From: Amoebophrya sp. A120
Lineage: Eukaryota; Protista; Dinoflagellata
Direction: 5' to 3'
NCBI GenBank assembly: GCA_905178155.1
Contig: CAJINV010000003.1
Coordinates: forward strand, 4,091,253-4,155,252
Length of the DNA stretch: 64,000 bases
Position 1 is the stretch's first letter. Each line of letters opens with the position of its first letter. The notes beneath the pieces were generated by a model. The model was not told the origin of the DNA. It did not search any database and worked only from the letters and a program-made list of their open reading frames with translations. Positions 1-11,506 of the stretch are shown here, piece by piece. The position numbers and the translations under genes are program-made.

Positions 1-1442
1 ATATCCGGAGGCAATCACCCGAAGCACGAAACACACTCAACATCTTGCGTTTTGCCACAATTGGGAGTAACAATGCAGAGTGGCAGACAAAATTTCAAAA
101 CAAAAAGTCAAAACGCCTAAACGTGCATTTTTATTTCCGAGATGTTGAAATTATTAAGATTTAGAATCAAGTTCCTGAACTTTGTAAACGAGGTACGTTC
201 ATCGCGTTCCTTGAGAAAAACGGAAATGGATGTTGACGCCCACCCTTGTTAGCTTCACGTTGACTTCAAGTCTGAAGTGCATTTAGCTTCCTCACAAGCA
301 CAACACGAGAAGAGCGTAAAAGAACTCGCGCTTTAGGAGAGGGAAGCCAGTACCTGAAACACCGAGACTGACTGCATTGACATTGAGGCGAGCAAAACAA
401 TTATACTTTGTCACACGGATGGGGATGTGACGTGTTGCAGGTACCGATAGATTCGGAGACTATTCGCTCTACTAAACAGAAACACGGACAACAGCACAAC
501 ACGAAAAAATGGACAGAGATGACACAGGCAAAGAATTCATTCTGGACTAAAAACCGAACCAAAGCCAAAGCTTACAATTTATGAACAACGGCACTTCCTA
601 CGGATGATACTTTGAAGCCCGTCCGAAGACGCGCCAATGCGGCTACCCAAGCTTTGTCTTTCACAATCCCACCCGATAGCGATACGGCTGCGCTGCGAAT
701 GAATGAGAGCCAAATACCTCCTTGATACTAGCGTTGTTCGAAAACAAACTACGTACAGTCGTCTATGTCTCGCTGTCGCTTATTGCGGATTTCGCTTTGA
801 ACGAGATGTATCGTCCGTGCCTTTGGAAGATTTAGGTTGTTTGAAATATCATCCGCTTTTCAAAGAAAGCCAAATGTACATTACATGACTCCGACTTCGT
901 CTCGACGGTGCTGCACCGTCCCCTGGCGCAACAATAAATTATAACGGTTTCATCCCCAGTCGTACATCACGTACTCCGTGTGTAGTAGACGATTCCAATG
1001 ATCCTACATGTTCGATTTTTCGTGGTCTTGTTTTTTCTGGGACTCGTTTATTCTGGTCTTTCTCTATCATGGCGATGAACACAATTAGCATAATCTTACA
1101 TTGCTTTACCGCTTTGGCTTTGGCGCTGTGTGAAGATGAAAATTCGCTTTGGCTTTGTCGCAAGGGTGCCATAAAGAACCCTCGATGGAAGATGCGCAGT
1201 AGTACGTACCCGGAAGATGGGTAGTTGGTCGTAGAAGACGATCCCGAGTGTAAGATCATCCAACTGCTTGCTCATTCTTGTCTCCACAAGTCGATAGAAC
1301 CGTTGAGATGAAGTTGAAGGCACCAGAAAGCAGAAGGCCGTTATAATGATGTTCTCCATTGAACGGGAACGTGTCGGCGGCAGCAGGGAAAATGATTTTT
1401 GGTGTGCAACAACCAAGGCACGGGCGACGCTTTCCTCTGGAC

Positions 1443-4400
1443 CTACACATCCCGGTCGCGTTCGGCTGGCCGCCGTTTTGAGGCGGACGACGGTAGATTG
1501 CTTTCGTCCGTTTCGGATTCAATGCGGACGAACTCGGTTCGTGGCGACTTTGGCTCGAAGTTTGTAAGAAGACTGCTCTGGGAAGATACCGTCGGTACCT
1601 GGCTGCGCGTCGACATCGAACCTGTGGACGAGCTGGTGTGGTGGTCGCGCTTTGAAGATGTCGAAGTTATTAGGTGCACGTTTCTTGCGCTAGAGCTAGT
1701 ACCTACTACGCCGGGCATTGAAAGGACGGAAGATACTATTGTAGGCGGATGATCTTTGCTTCCATTATTTCTGAGCAACGCCGAATGCTCGCCCTCAAGC
1801 TGCTTGCTTTCGGGTGAGCGCGGGTTGGGTGGAGCGACGATCTCTTCCGACGTCAACAGCTTCGATTTCTCGTTATTTTCGTCGTCGTCCTCCGGGGTTA
1901 ACGGACCACCTTCACGTCCAGATGTTGTTTGTAGCAGCTTTGCGGTACTCTCGTCAGCAGGAGCTGCTGTTCTTGCCGCGGCTGTTGTGGAGGTTGTGAG
2001 CGGTGGCGGTTCAAACTTTCTTCTGACCTGCTGGCCGCTCGCTGCTGTCGACGCGGCTGAAGCAGTAACCGTTCCTGACGGCGGCCTTTTAGCGGTCTTG
2101 GAGGACGCAGAAACGGCAGACGCGGAGGAGGTAGTTGCAGCTGCGCCAAATGCTGGAGTGGTCGAGGCCGAGCCTTTTGTGGACGCCGTGGGGCTTTGAC
2201 TGGGCGTGCTGTCGATTTCTTCGTCGGCGCCGGCAGGCAACAAGTTCTCGTTTAGAGCCTGGTACTTGCCACGACTGGAGGCCGAGGAACCTCCTCCTGC
2301 CGTGGCTGGCAGCAGGTACTTGCCGACCGCGCGAGTGGCTTTCGTTGCCAAAGAGGATCCGGATGTGGCATCGGCAACGCCCGCGCGGCCGCCCCGCGGG
2401 GAGAGGCGGTAGTGGTCGGGGTCAATCTTGGCCTCGTCATGAATCTTCACGCGCATCTGCTGACTGGCATCCTCTTCGTCGTCTGTCACCTCATCCAGGA
2501 GCTCCTCGTCGTCATCCATGTCCTCGTCTGCGGTAATGCCAACAACTGTGAAATTGTGCTTTGCGTTGGAATTGCTGACTGTGAAGAACAAAGGAGCTCC
2601 AATCAAAAATTTCAATATACTTACTTTTGTCGTCCACAACTAAGAGCATCGGCGATCGCGTGGATGCAAGCTTCAGACAAAAAAATTTATACCGCTGCGC
2701 ATGCGCATGATTCGTTGGTAGAGCTCAGCGCGCAGCGCTTCGGTTGACTCAGGATCCGCAAGCGAAATTGTTTGTCGCGAAGCTGCGGAGCCTCCGCAGC
2801 AGAAGAAGCAGGAGCACAGCAGACCGACCCAGGTTTGCGTTTTCACGTCGATGAAGAGTCGGCTGTCGTCAAATTCGGTTGTGATCTTGCCTAGTGTGGT
2901 TTCCGTGATGCCCAGGGAGCCCGTGCCGGTGAACACCGTCAGCGAAGAGTTGGGCAAGTTGTCCAGAAGGATGGACCGAAGGTTTTTACGACTGCGCAAG
3001 ACATAGGGGGCGTTGACCGCAAAAGTGATGTGGTCCACCGTGTCGCGTAAACTTCGGTGTCTCTTCAGAATCGGGTCCCAACATATCTCTTTCTCGCACA
3101 GCTCCAACATGCGCTCGATTATTTGAGTCCTGGTTATTTAATCAGACTTGCTGCGAAGATCGAATCCTCAGCGTCACTAAGTGTCACTGTGAGGGACTGA
3201 AGCTAGGATGAGAATGAGGATGGCGGAGTAAAAGTATTTGAAACTGAAAGAATAAGGTGTTGCAAATGTTGAAACAGGCAATCAAATGTACCAATTACGT
3301 ACCTGTAGTGCCGGTTTCGTATGGCGAAGTCGGTGGTCATCCAGCCCAGACTGAGCCAGGCTTTCGGGACGCGTGCGCATTGTTGCGCAAAGAACTCGCC
3401 ATCTATGAATCGTGGGGCAAAAAAGCCGGGTGCCCCAAGGGGTCCGTAGAAGATGTCGGCATTCAGCATGAGGCAGGGGACATAATCCATCAACCGCGTC
3501 TCCAGGATGATGTCAATGGCAGCCTGGATGCACTCACTTTTTTTGAAGTCGAACTTCACTCCCTTAGGCGACAGGGTCAAACCTAATGGTCGGTTTTAGT
3601 TTTTGTTTTTCACGTGAACTACGTGAAGCAAAGAATCAAATCGACTTGTGCTCGTTCTTGAACTTGTCGCAGCAGGTGCCGATGTGTCATAAAAATGTCA
3701 ATCGCAATTTAAACTCTTGGAAACCTTCAATCTGAATCAGCAGGAGTGCGTGATCAGAGGAGCAGCCAGAGTCCTTTTGCAAAATCTTTAGTCAGATGAG
3801 GTTCACAGACGAAATGCACCATATGCAGGCCACTGGCCTCCAAGAGCAAGAAAAGCAAAAGATCTGTCATAGTCATTACCTAATGCCCGGCCGACTTTCT
3901 TCTGAAGGTCCTTGCCGACCTTCTTCGCTCCCCGCGCGACTCGCTGTGCTTCCTCGACGGCCTTCTGCCCGAGCTCCTTCGCCACGTGTTCGAAACTGTC
4001 CAAATCGAAAGTGAGCGGGCGGTTGGGGGTAATCGCCCCGTCATCCGGCACCGTTGAGGAATCTCTACGCTCGAGCGGTTCGCGAACTCCGGATTCCAGG
4101 TCAATGTCTAGGTGACTTCTTACCTCAGCTGCGCTGTCATCTTCTTCTCCCGTTCGGATTGCTTTCGGCGGGTTTCTTGTTCCTCTCTTGCTGGGCGACA
4201 CGTTCGTGCCAGGTTCCTTTCCGCTCGGAGGCGGAGGACCGGCGCCGGGGGCAGATGCTTTATTTTCATCCTCCACCACGACCAGCCGGAAGTCATTGCT
4301 TGTACTTCCTAGCACACCTCCTCCGCTGGAGGTAGAGGGAGACTCGTTCGGATTGGCTGTCGCGGTAGCTGCACTACTGCCACCAGCAGTTCCGGCGGGC

Positions 4401-5409
4401 CAGAAACCATGATCGCCATCAACACTGCGCGGCTGGCTGGTAATCGACTTTTTGGCTGGTGGTGCAGCTCCAGCTGCACGACTGGTGGACGACTGACTTC
4501 CGCCGATCTGCAGTGAGCCCCGCACTATCACAGGATCATCACCTTGATCCTCTTCCCCGGTAGTTAGTGGCGGCGCGGAACCAAAGGCGAGTTCTCGCGA
4601 TGTTAGCCTCGAGAGGGACATGGGACTCGCGGGTAGCCAATGCGACATGCGTTCAATTTGGTCTTGCGAAAACACACTCTCGAGGAATTGGGCGGCAGCT
4701 ACGTTACCCGCGCCCCCGAGCGTCGCCGTCTCGCGCTGCATGCGCTCCACCGCGATGCTGTGAGCGATGAGTTTCTCGCAGAATTTGCGGAAGCTCAGGT
4801 TGCTGCCAGGCTGCTGCGGCGGGTGCGCCATGATGAGCTCCATCTGGGACGAGGAAGAGCTGTTATTGTTTATGGTTCCGTTGCCAGCAGGAGGCACTCC
4901 GGAGGCGCTTGTCGACGATGTGCTGTTCACGGATCCCGTACTTGCGGTTCTGGGAAGCGTGGGCCCGCGACAAGCGTTCCAGATGGAATCCGAAGGCTCC
5001 GTGTTCTCGTCGTATGGGCCAAAAGACACATCGGCCTCGATCATGTGACAATCCCCTTGCAACGCATCCTCCAGCTTGCTGCGGGTGTTGACCTGAAGAG
5101 AAGATATTATCAGAGTTTCATGTATGTCGACTGCACAGAAACAGCAAGTGGTGTGTGTTGTTTATGAAACGAACCTGCTGGTGAGCTTTGAACTGAAGCA
5201 TCGAGTTTGAATATTTGTCCTCAAATAGCTAAAACTGATTTACATCATGTATTTTTCGCAAATGACAATCCGTTCGTTTTTTGTCTGTATTTTACCGCGT
5301 GTGCCCATTTTATCTCGGTCGGCTTCTCCACCTCAAACTTCTCGGCAAGCTTCAAAGGAAGGTGCGAATTGCGCCGCCCAGGATAAAAAATCGACGTCAC
5401 TTCGGACAT
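1443..5409 (-). CDS. FAM151/menorin (DUF2181)-like protein, paralogue A, with long low-complexity insertions and C-terminal tail
   Basis: Exons 5409-5296, 5092-3880, 3582-3303, 3129-2693, 2639-2625 and 2545-1443 join in frame through GT-AG introns. Family motifs: KWAHAVN, IEADV, IMAHPP, KGVKFDFK, LNADIFYGP, LSLGWMT, HITFAV, SSLTVF. Confidence 0.8.
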
Positions 5410-6600
5410 AGCCGTCACGAATGATGAGCGGGTTTATCAGCGAAAATGTTCATCATTAGTTTCTATTCTTGCTCTTCGTGTTCACTACTGTCTATACGAA
5501 TGTAACAAAAAGGGCCTTTCTGCGCAAGGAAACAGAAACACCCTGCAGCCACAAATTCCGATCTAATGAGCGGTATGTTGTGCCAATTGTGCCACTTACA
5601 TGAATATACGCAAAACCATGAAATAATCGGCGAAATTCAAATAAATTGTGCCTGCGTTTTATCTGTGCAAACTCGTACTCGATGAATAAACTACTTGCGT
5701 TGCGGATGCATTGCTAAAAACTAAGTCGTGTTCGATTGGATTTTAATGAACCCGTAGCGTTGGCCAAGAAAAAATCTCGTCAAATCATGCGCTACACGGT
5801 AGACACACACAGGTAGTTGTGTAGCGGCAGGCCTGTGGTAGAACCAATACTGAATCTCAGTCACATCATCATCATGGGTAGACAAATTGGGATTAAATGT
5901 TCGCTGTCCTTCCGATGTGATTCAACAAAAACAGAATGCCTTTGCTTCCTTAGCAGCAAGTCTACCAGAAGGGTGCAGCTTTAATGCGGAATCGGCCGAT
6001 ATCACTCCAACAGAAAAACTTTGATTCTTTTGCACAGGACAACAAAACCGCTAGACTAAAACTTCTGAACCTAATACCGCGTTTTTTTCAGCATACAGCT
6101 TTCATCAATTTGCTTTGGATCGTACTTTTCGATACCGATTCAGCATTGTACCGAGCGATGTGCAAAAGCAGATGCAGCATCGAATTGCTTATCTTCCAGG
6201 ACGACTTGTTCGTGACTGTCGGAAACTGTTGCAAGTATATGAATGAAGGTAGGATGAAGTCGGACTGACAGAAAATATCTCCACCGACAGAAGCTGCAAA
6301 GCGCGCGGACCACCGGAACAGCTTCAATTTTGGCGCAGAACAAACTGATTGTACACATCTTCGACTCATATCAACGTTGGCCGAGGGTCAAGGCAACATC
6401 ATCAACAGGTGACGCTAATCCAATCGTATAATATTGTGAAGATTGTGATTGTACTTAATATTCAAACGCAAACCGTTTGTGATTGATCACACTTGCGCTT
6501 CTTTCTGTACAGTCTAATTTTTTCGAATCGAATTGTTTTCAGTCGCTAGATGACACGGTTTTGTTCTGGGTGCATTTGCTGAGTCGCGTCAATATCTTAT

Positions 6601-6960
6601 CTAAAGCTCATGTGCCAGGTGTGCTTTGACTTCGTTGATAACGTAGTCCTGCGGCTTGCGGCCACTGAACCAGTAGATTGCGCTTAGTTGGCCGAGCGCA
6701 ACACAGGAGCCAAAGATGGTCAGCATTTTTGAAACTCCCCTTCGTATTCTGTGCTCTGGTCGCAGCTGCAAGCCGATCTCCCACACCCACGGCCAGCTGA
6801 TATTCACCATACTTGTGACGACACAAAAACCAAAGGCGAGGTACAGGTTTTGTCGGGACACTGTCCGCAACACCTCTCTGCTTGACCAGGTGGGTAGGAC
6901 ATGCATGGGAATTTCCACGTCGCGCACCATGTTGATGTTGCTGAAGTCGTCTCCGTGAAG
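6601..6960 (-). CDS. Small hypothetical membrane protein (last exon; 5' end unresolved)
   Basis: Open frame with two hydrophobic segments (LYLAFGFCVVTSMVNISWPW; MLTIFGSCVALGQLSAIYWF). No family recognised. Confidence 0.45.
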   Translation of the reverse strand, partial: LHGDDFSNINMVRDVEIPMHVLPTWSSREVLRTVSRQNLYLAFGFCVVTSMVNISWPWVWEIGLQLRPEHRIRRGVSKMLTIFGSCVALGQLSAIYWFSGRKPQDYVINEVKAHLAHEL

Positions 6961-7834
6961 ATGTGGTTTGTTAGAGATTCATACTAAAAGATCATGATGT
7001 AGCGACACAATTACGGCTGAGCTGCTTGCTAAATTGACTAATTCCCGACTTTTTTTCGTAGTGTTTTCTTGCTGCAAGGGTTCATGCTTGTATCTTGACC
7101 AAGGGAGGGGCACTGTGTGGTGTGAACCTGGGAAGAAAAGTGAGAATAATGAAGAAAACGACGTAGAGATACAGCTTCTTATGCAAGTGAGAGCCTCTGG
7201 CTCTGGTGCATCAAGATCAAACAGCACGATCGAAGAGAAGAGAACCTCTTGAGTTTGGTGGATGAAAAGGTTCTTCTTGTCGAGAAGACAGACGTGATGC
7301 TTCGCTTGTCCTCGCATAATTCGAGTAGTCAACTACACTACAACGCTGCGGACGATCGGCTGGAAAAAGTGATCCAAACTAGGATTGTGTGCGAACATCA
7401 GTATAGTTTCTGTCGATTATGTTCACGAACCACTGTGACCAAGGCCGGCGTTTGCTGGAGTAATGTTGCTGTGTTGGCTCTACTTCTTGAAAAAATGTGA
7501 ATGTTGAAGACTTCGTCGCCTTCGGAAAAGTTGCGTTCTCGCGTGTCGTTTTCAATCGTCGTGGGTCATTGTGGTCAAACCGGCATTTTTGGCAACCAAT
7601 GTAGCAGGCTGAAACTATGATGAAAGGTGCAGGATAGTCAACCTGGATGATGTTTCTTCAACCAGACTGACATTTGTGCCCATGGAGTGTCAACAGAGAA
7701 TCTGTCTAGGAAAATGTCGCTTTGAGGCCGCTCGGGGGGAGCGGTATCTGTGAAAATTTCTCATTGGACTGCCGAGCAGGTTGATACAACTAGTACACTG
7801 CTCCTGTTCAAGTTCATGATCCTCACGTGCACAA

Positions 7835-10800
7835 CTACATGAGGGCGCAGCGTTCTGTGCCCAATGAGCTCTGCACCTTCTTGCCCTTGGAGGTCGCGTC
7901 TGCGCGCGTGTAGACATCGACAAAGAGGCGGGTAGTGTCAAAGTTTTCCTCGATCGCTTGCAGGTCGTCAGGGGTTATCCCCGTGGTCATGGTGCCCGTA
8001 TAGACGGTAAGCGACGAAGAAGGGACCAGCTCCAGGAGTTGCTTCAGGACCGGTTGACTCGCGAGGGCGTACTTCGCCTGCACACAAAACGTGATGTGGT
8101 GCGCGATGGCCGCGGGGGTGTACAGAAAGGTGTCCTTCCCCCGCAAAAACGGGCGCTGCACAAGCTCGAGCATGTCGTTTATCATGCGCTGCGTGTAGTG
8201 CTGGGTGACGGCAAACTCCGTGGAGATCCAACCCAGCGACAGAACGACGTCTGGAATACGGCAACAACGCTGTAAAAATTTCCTGCCGTCCAGCACCCAG
8301 TTCGGCATCAGGGGAAGGCAACCGGGTCCCGCGGCTATATCAGCGTTCAGCCAAACACACACAACCTGTTTTTATTTTCTCATCTTTTGAGAATCTCTAC
8401 TAAAACTATCTGAAGTGTTGAACCATGGAAAAGTCCGAATCAAGACTTGACGCGATTCGAGACCGTCGCCCTCTTTTTCGGGTGCATATAGGTAGCATTT
8501 TCGCTCTCTAGTTCAGTTTCCGATACAAGTATTCGCCACTTCTAGGCGCGTCTAGAAACACTACGAAAATGTTGGCCATGGAAATCGATCCCGCACACAC
8601 GTAGCACGATCGCCCCAAATGAAGCCTGTTCCGTGATGAAATGACAGAGAAGATGATGAGAAATTGACTAGATCTGACTGGTAACGCGATGGCACTAAGG
8701 CCATACGCAATCCAGTCACATTGCCCAGATTGACGACAGTGAGCATAGTGACTGTTTACGCCATACGCAAAACAATCACACTGCACCCACTAGAGCAGAA
8801 GTAGAAACAATTGAGGCACTTCCTGGACCATACGCAAAACGGTCACAAAGTGCCAGAAGGATGTAAATGATCTAGAAGGAATCCCATGAAATTCAAGAGG
8901 AAAGTGATCAAGGTGCCTATTTGCGTCATACGCAAAACAGGCACAAGCAGAATGATCACAGTGACTGTCTGCGCCATACGCAATTCAGTCACATTCTGGC
9001 GGGTTGCGGTCATACGCAATTTCGTCACATCCTGAAACTTGATGAATTGAACCTACAGGATGTAACGCAGCAAGAGACTTGCGTCACTTGCTTGCTTACT
9101 TGCAATTGAGAGAATTCATCTGCTGTCGATAACGAGCTCAGTGGAGCAAACGTGTGTAAGTGTGTGCGAGTGTTCTCAAGTCCACTAACAGAAAATCATA
9201 AAAAAATTTTACCTGCGCCCACACGTTCATGCGCATGAGCAGCTCGATGGCGGGTTTCACGGCTGCGAGGTCTTTGAAGTCGAGTTTTATGCCCTTGGGC
9301 CTTCGCCGTGTTCTCTTTTCCACGGTGTTCATACCCAAATGCTCCTGGAGTTCCTCGTTCATCAGCAGGATGCCATGATGGCCGCTCGTGGACGAGGACT
9401 GCGACCGCGTGTCGGAATTGCCGTCGGCGCTGGAGCTTTCTTCCAGAAGTTCGCGGAGGTCGCGGTCTTCGTCCTCCGTGATGAAGGAAATGTTGTTGGG
9501 GATCTCCACTCCCTCCAGCAGCGTCGTGTTGCCGCGGATCACCTCGGTCCGCCGGCCCTGCACGAGCGTGGGGTCCACCATGCAGTTGTAGTGGCAGATC
9601 TTGCGCACAAACTGCTCGAGCGTCAGATTGCTCCGCCGGCTGGGAGGGTGCGCCATGATCACGGTGCGGTCGTCTCGGACCGCAAGTCGTGTTCCCGCAG
9701 AACTTGGGGGTGCTCCGGGGGGTGGTCTCGGTTTATTTGCCTTCGGTTTGTGTAGTCCTGCCAGGGCGGGGTCCGAGCTGGATATTAGGGGAGCGTTAAT
9801 ATTATTCGGTTGCACGGTAGTTGCACTCGGCGGCAGTGCCCGAGTTTGCGGATCGAAGGATACGCCGCGGCGCGACGCGGCACTGACGGCTTTGGACTGG
9901 GGTACAGCAGGGGCGGTGCTGCTTGCCGAGGGCCCGTCGCCGGTCAGCATCGGTGGTGCGAAGCCTTCCCCCTCGCCGGAGAGTTTTCGCAGCGGCGGCG
10001 CCAGGGGGGGACTTAGTGACGACTCTGGATCGTGCACAGGCGTTTCTTCATCCGCGTCATCCATCGGCGAGGCGAACTTATTGTTCGGATCATGCGGACC
10101 ACCACCACCCGCAGTAGAAATCATACCGCCTGTAGTAGTCCCGCTTCCTGCCAGAAGCAGGTTGTCCGCGCTCTGCGTGCGCCGGGTATCTTCTCCCAAA
10201 ACGTTGGATGACTTTGCTCCTGCGGCAGCTTGCAGCGGGAGGTTGTAATTCGGGTCTTCATCCGGCACCGCATCTCCTTCGGGCGCCCGTTTCAGTCGTA
10301 CGGGCGCGGCGCGTGAGGAAGATGCGACGGAGGCAACGCTGGAGGAGGCCACACTAGAACCGACGACCACGTCCGAGGACGTTTTCTTCTTTCGCGACGA
10401 CGAAGCGCCGCCGGGAGTCGACGAGCCCTGTTGCTTATTGTTCGCACCGCCGAAGAAGCCCACATCCTCGGTGCCTTCGGTTTCTTCGTAAGTTCCGAGC
10501 GTGACATCCGCCTCGATTAAATGAACGTCGGATCGCAGTGCTTGTGCCAACTTCGCCTTGGAATTGCAACTGTGATACCACGTGAGCTGGTGTACCGAGC
10601 TTACCTGTTACGATGTGGTGAAATAGAAAAGAGTAACATATTAATCTATACACATCAAAAGTGTTCTTGTTGGTCCAATTGCACACTTCAAGGTGATTGC
10701 CCGGAAAGTACGGTGGCGTTAACACCGGTTTTCCTTTTCGTTCTTTTGTGTCGGGCTTGTGGTACTACGTTCAACAGAAGCTGCAATAAGCAATTTGTAC

Positions 10801-10839
10801 CTGAAATTTCTGGCATAGCTCGACACAATAGCGGGACAT
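7835..10839 (-). CDS. FAM151/menorin-like protein, paralogue B
   Basis: Exons 10839-10801, 10604-9213 and 8365-7835 with GT-AG introns 10605-10800 and 8366-9212. Motifs TWYHSCNS, LIEADV, IMAHPP, KGIKLDFK, WLNADIAAGP, LSLGWIST and HITFCV align with paralogue A. Confidence 0.8.
8700..9029. repeat. Six-copy dispersed array of CATACGCAA-N5-(T/G)CACA inside an intron
   Basis: Copies at 8700, 8760, 8827, 8925, 8973 and 9009. Most form the 3' arm of a local hairpin. Confidence 0.85.
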
Positions 10840-11506
10840 CTGAAGTACGGATATCTGGTGGCGCAGAAGTTCCTTCCACCTATCCGTTTTGGTTGCGTAT
10901 TGCTATTGCTGCAAGCTGGAATATAACGCAGAGAAACTAGTACAGCAGTAGTACCGTTGAGCGATCATCCATTCAAAGGGAAGAGATTCTCTGTACTGGC
11001 GGAGGATTGCCATAGATGTATTTCTAGCTCGTATTCTTCAGAAGCGCATACTACTAGCAAACTCCTGCTAGTATTGTCAAAAATACTTGACATCAAAAAC
11101 TTAAACTGCACCCTATTTATAGCTTGCCGACTGCTCGATACGAAACTTACTTCTGTATGAATCGCAATCGCAATCCTGCAGTGAAGGAAGCACAAAAATA
11201 GTCTAGCAGCTTCGTTTACGTCGTCATCAATGATGAGCAACCGATCGATTGAACATGGGTCTACTTTCGAGTTGCATGATTGCCAAGCCACTTTCGAGTT
11301 TGATCTACTTTCAAGATTTTTGGATCGAAGCAAATTTCAAAAAAATGAACACTGGAGGACGCTCTGAGTGTGCCTTTAAAAAGGGTTCAGCACCTACGAT
11401 TTTTCTGTGTAGATCCGGCGTGTTCGCACATCATCCACATGCAGCTTACTTTTGTTTTTGTTTATTGTTTGGCTGCATCGGTTTCTGTGCGGGCATCCTG
11501 GTTTCT

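Noticed and set aside
1-1416. Possible exons of a further minus-strand gene
   Set aside because: No consistent spliced frame or recognisable motif could be built.
5752-5768. Dinoflagellate spliced-leader relic (ccgtagcgttggccaag)
   Set aside because: Only a gapped partial match to CCGTAGCCATTTTGGCTCAAG, and on the strand opposite the genes.
8700-9029. CRISPR array
   Set aside because: Repeats are degenerate, gaps vary from 15 to 77 bp, there are no cas genes, and the array lies in a eukaryotic intron.
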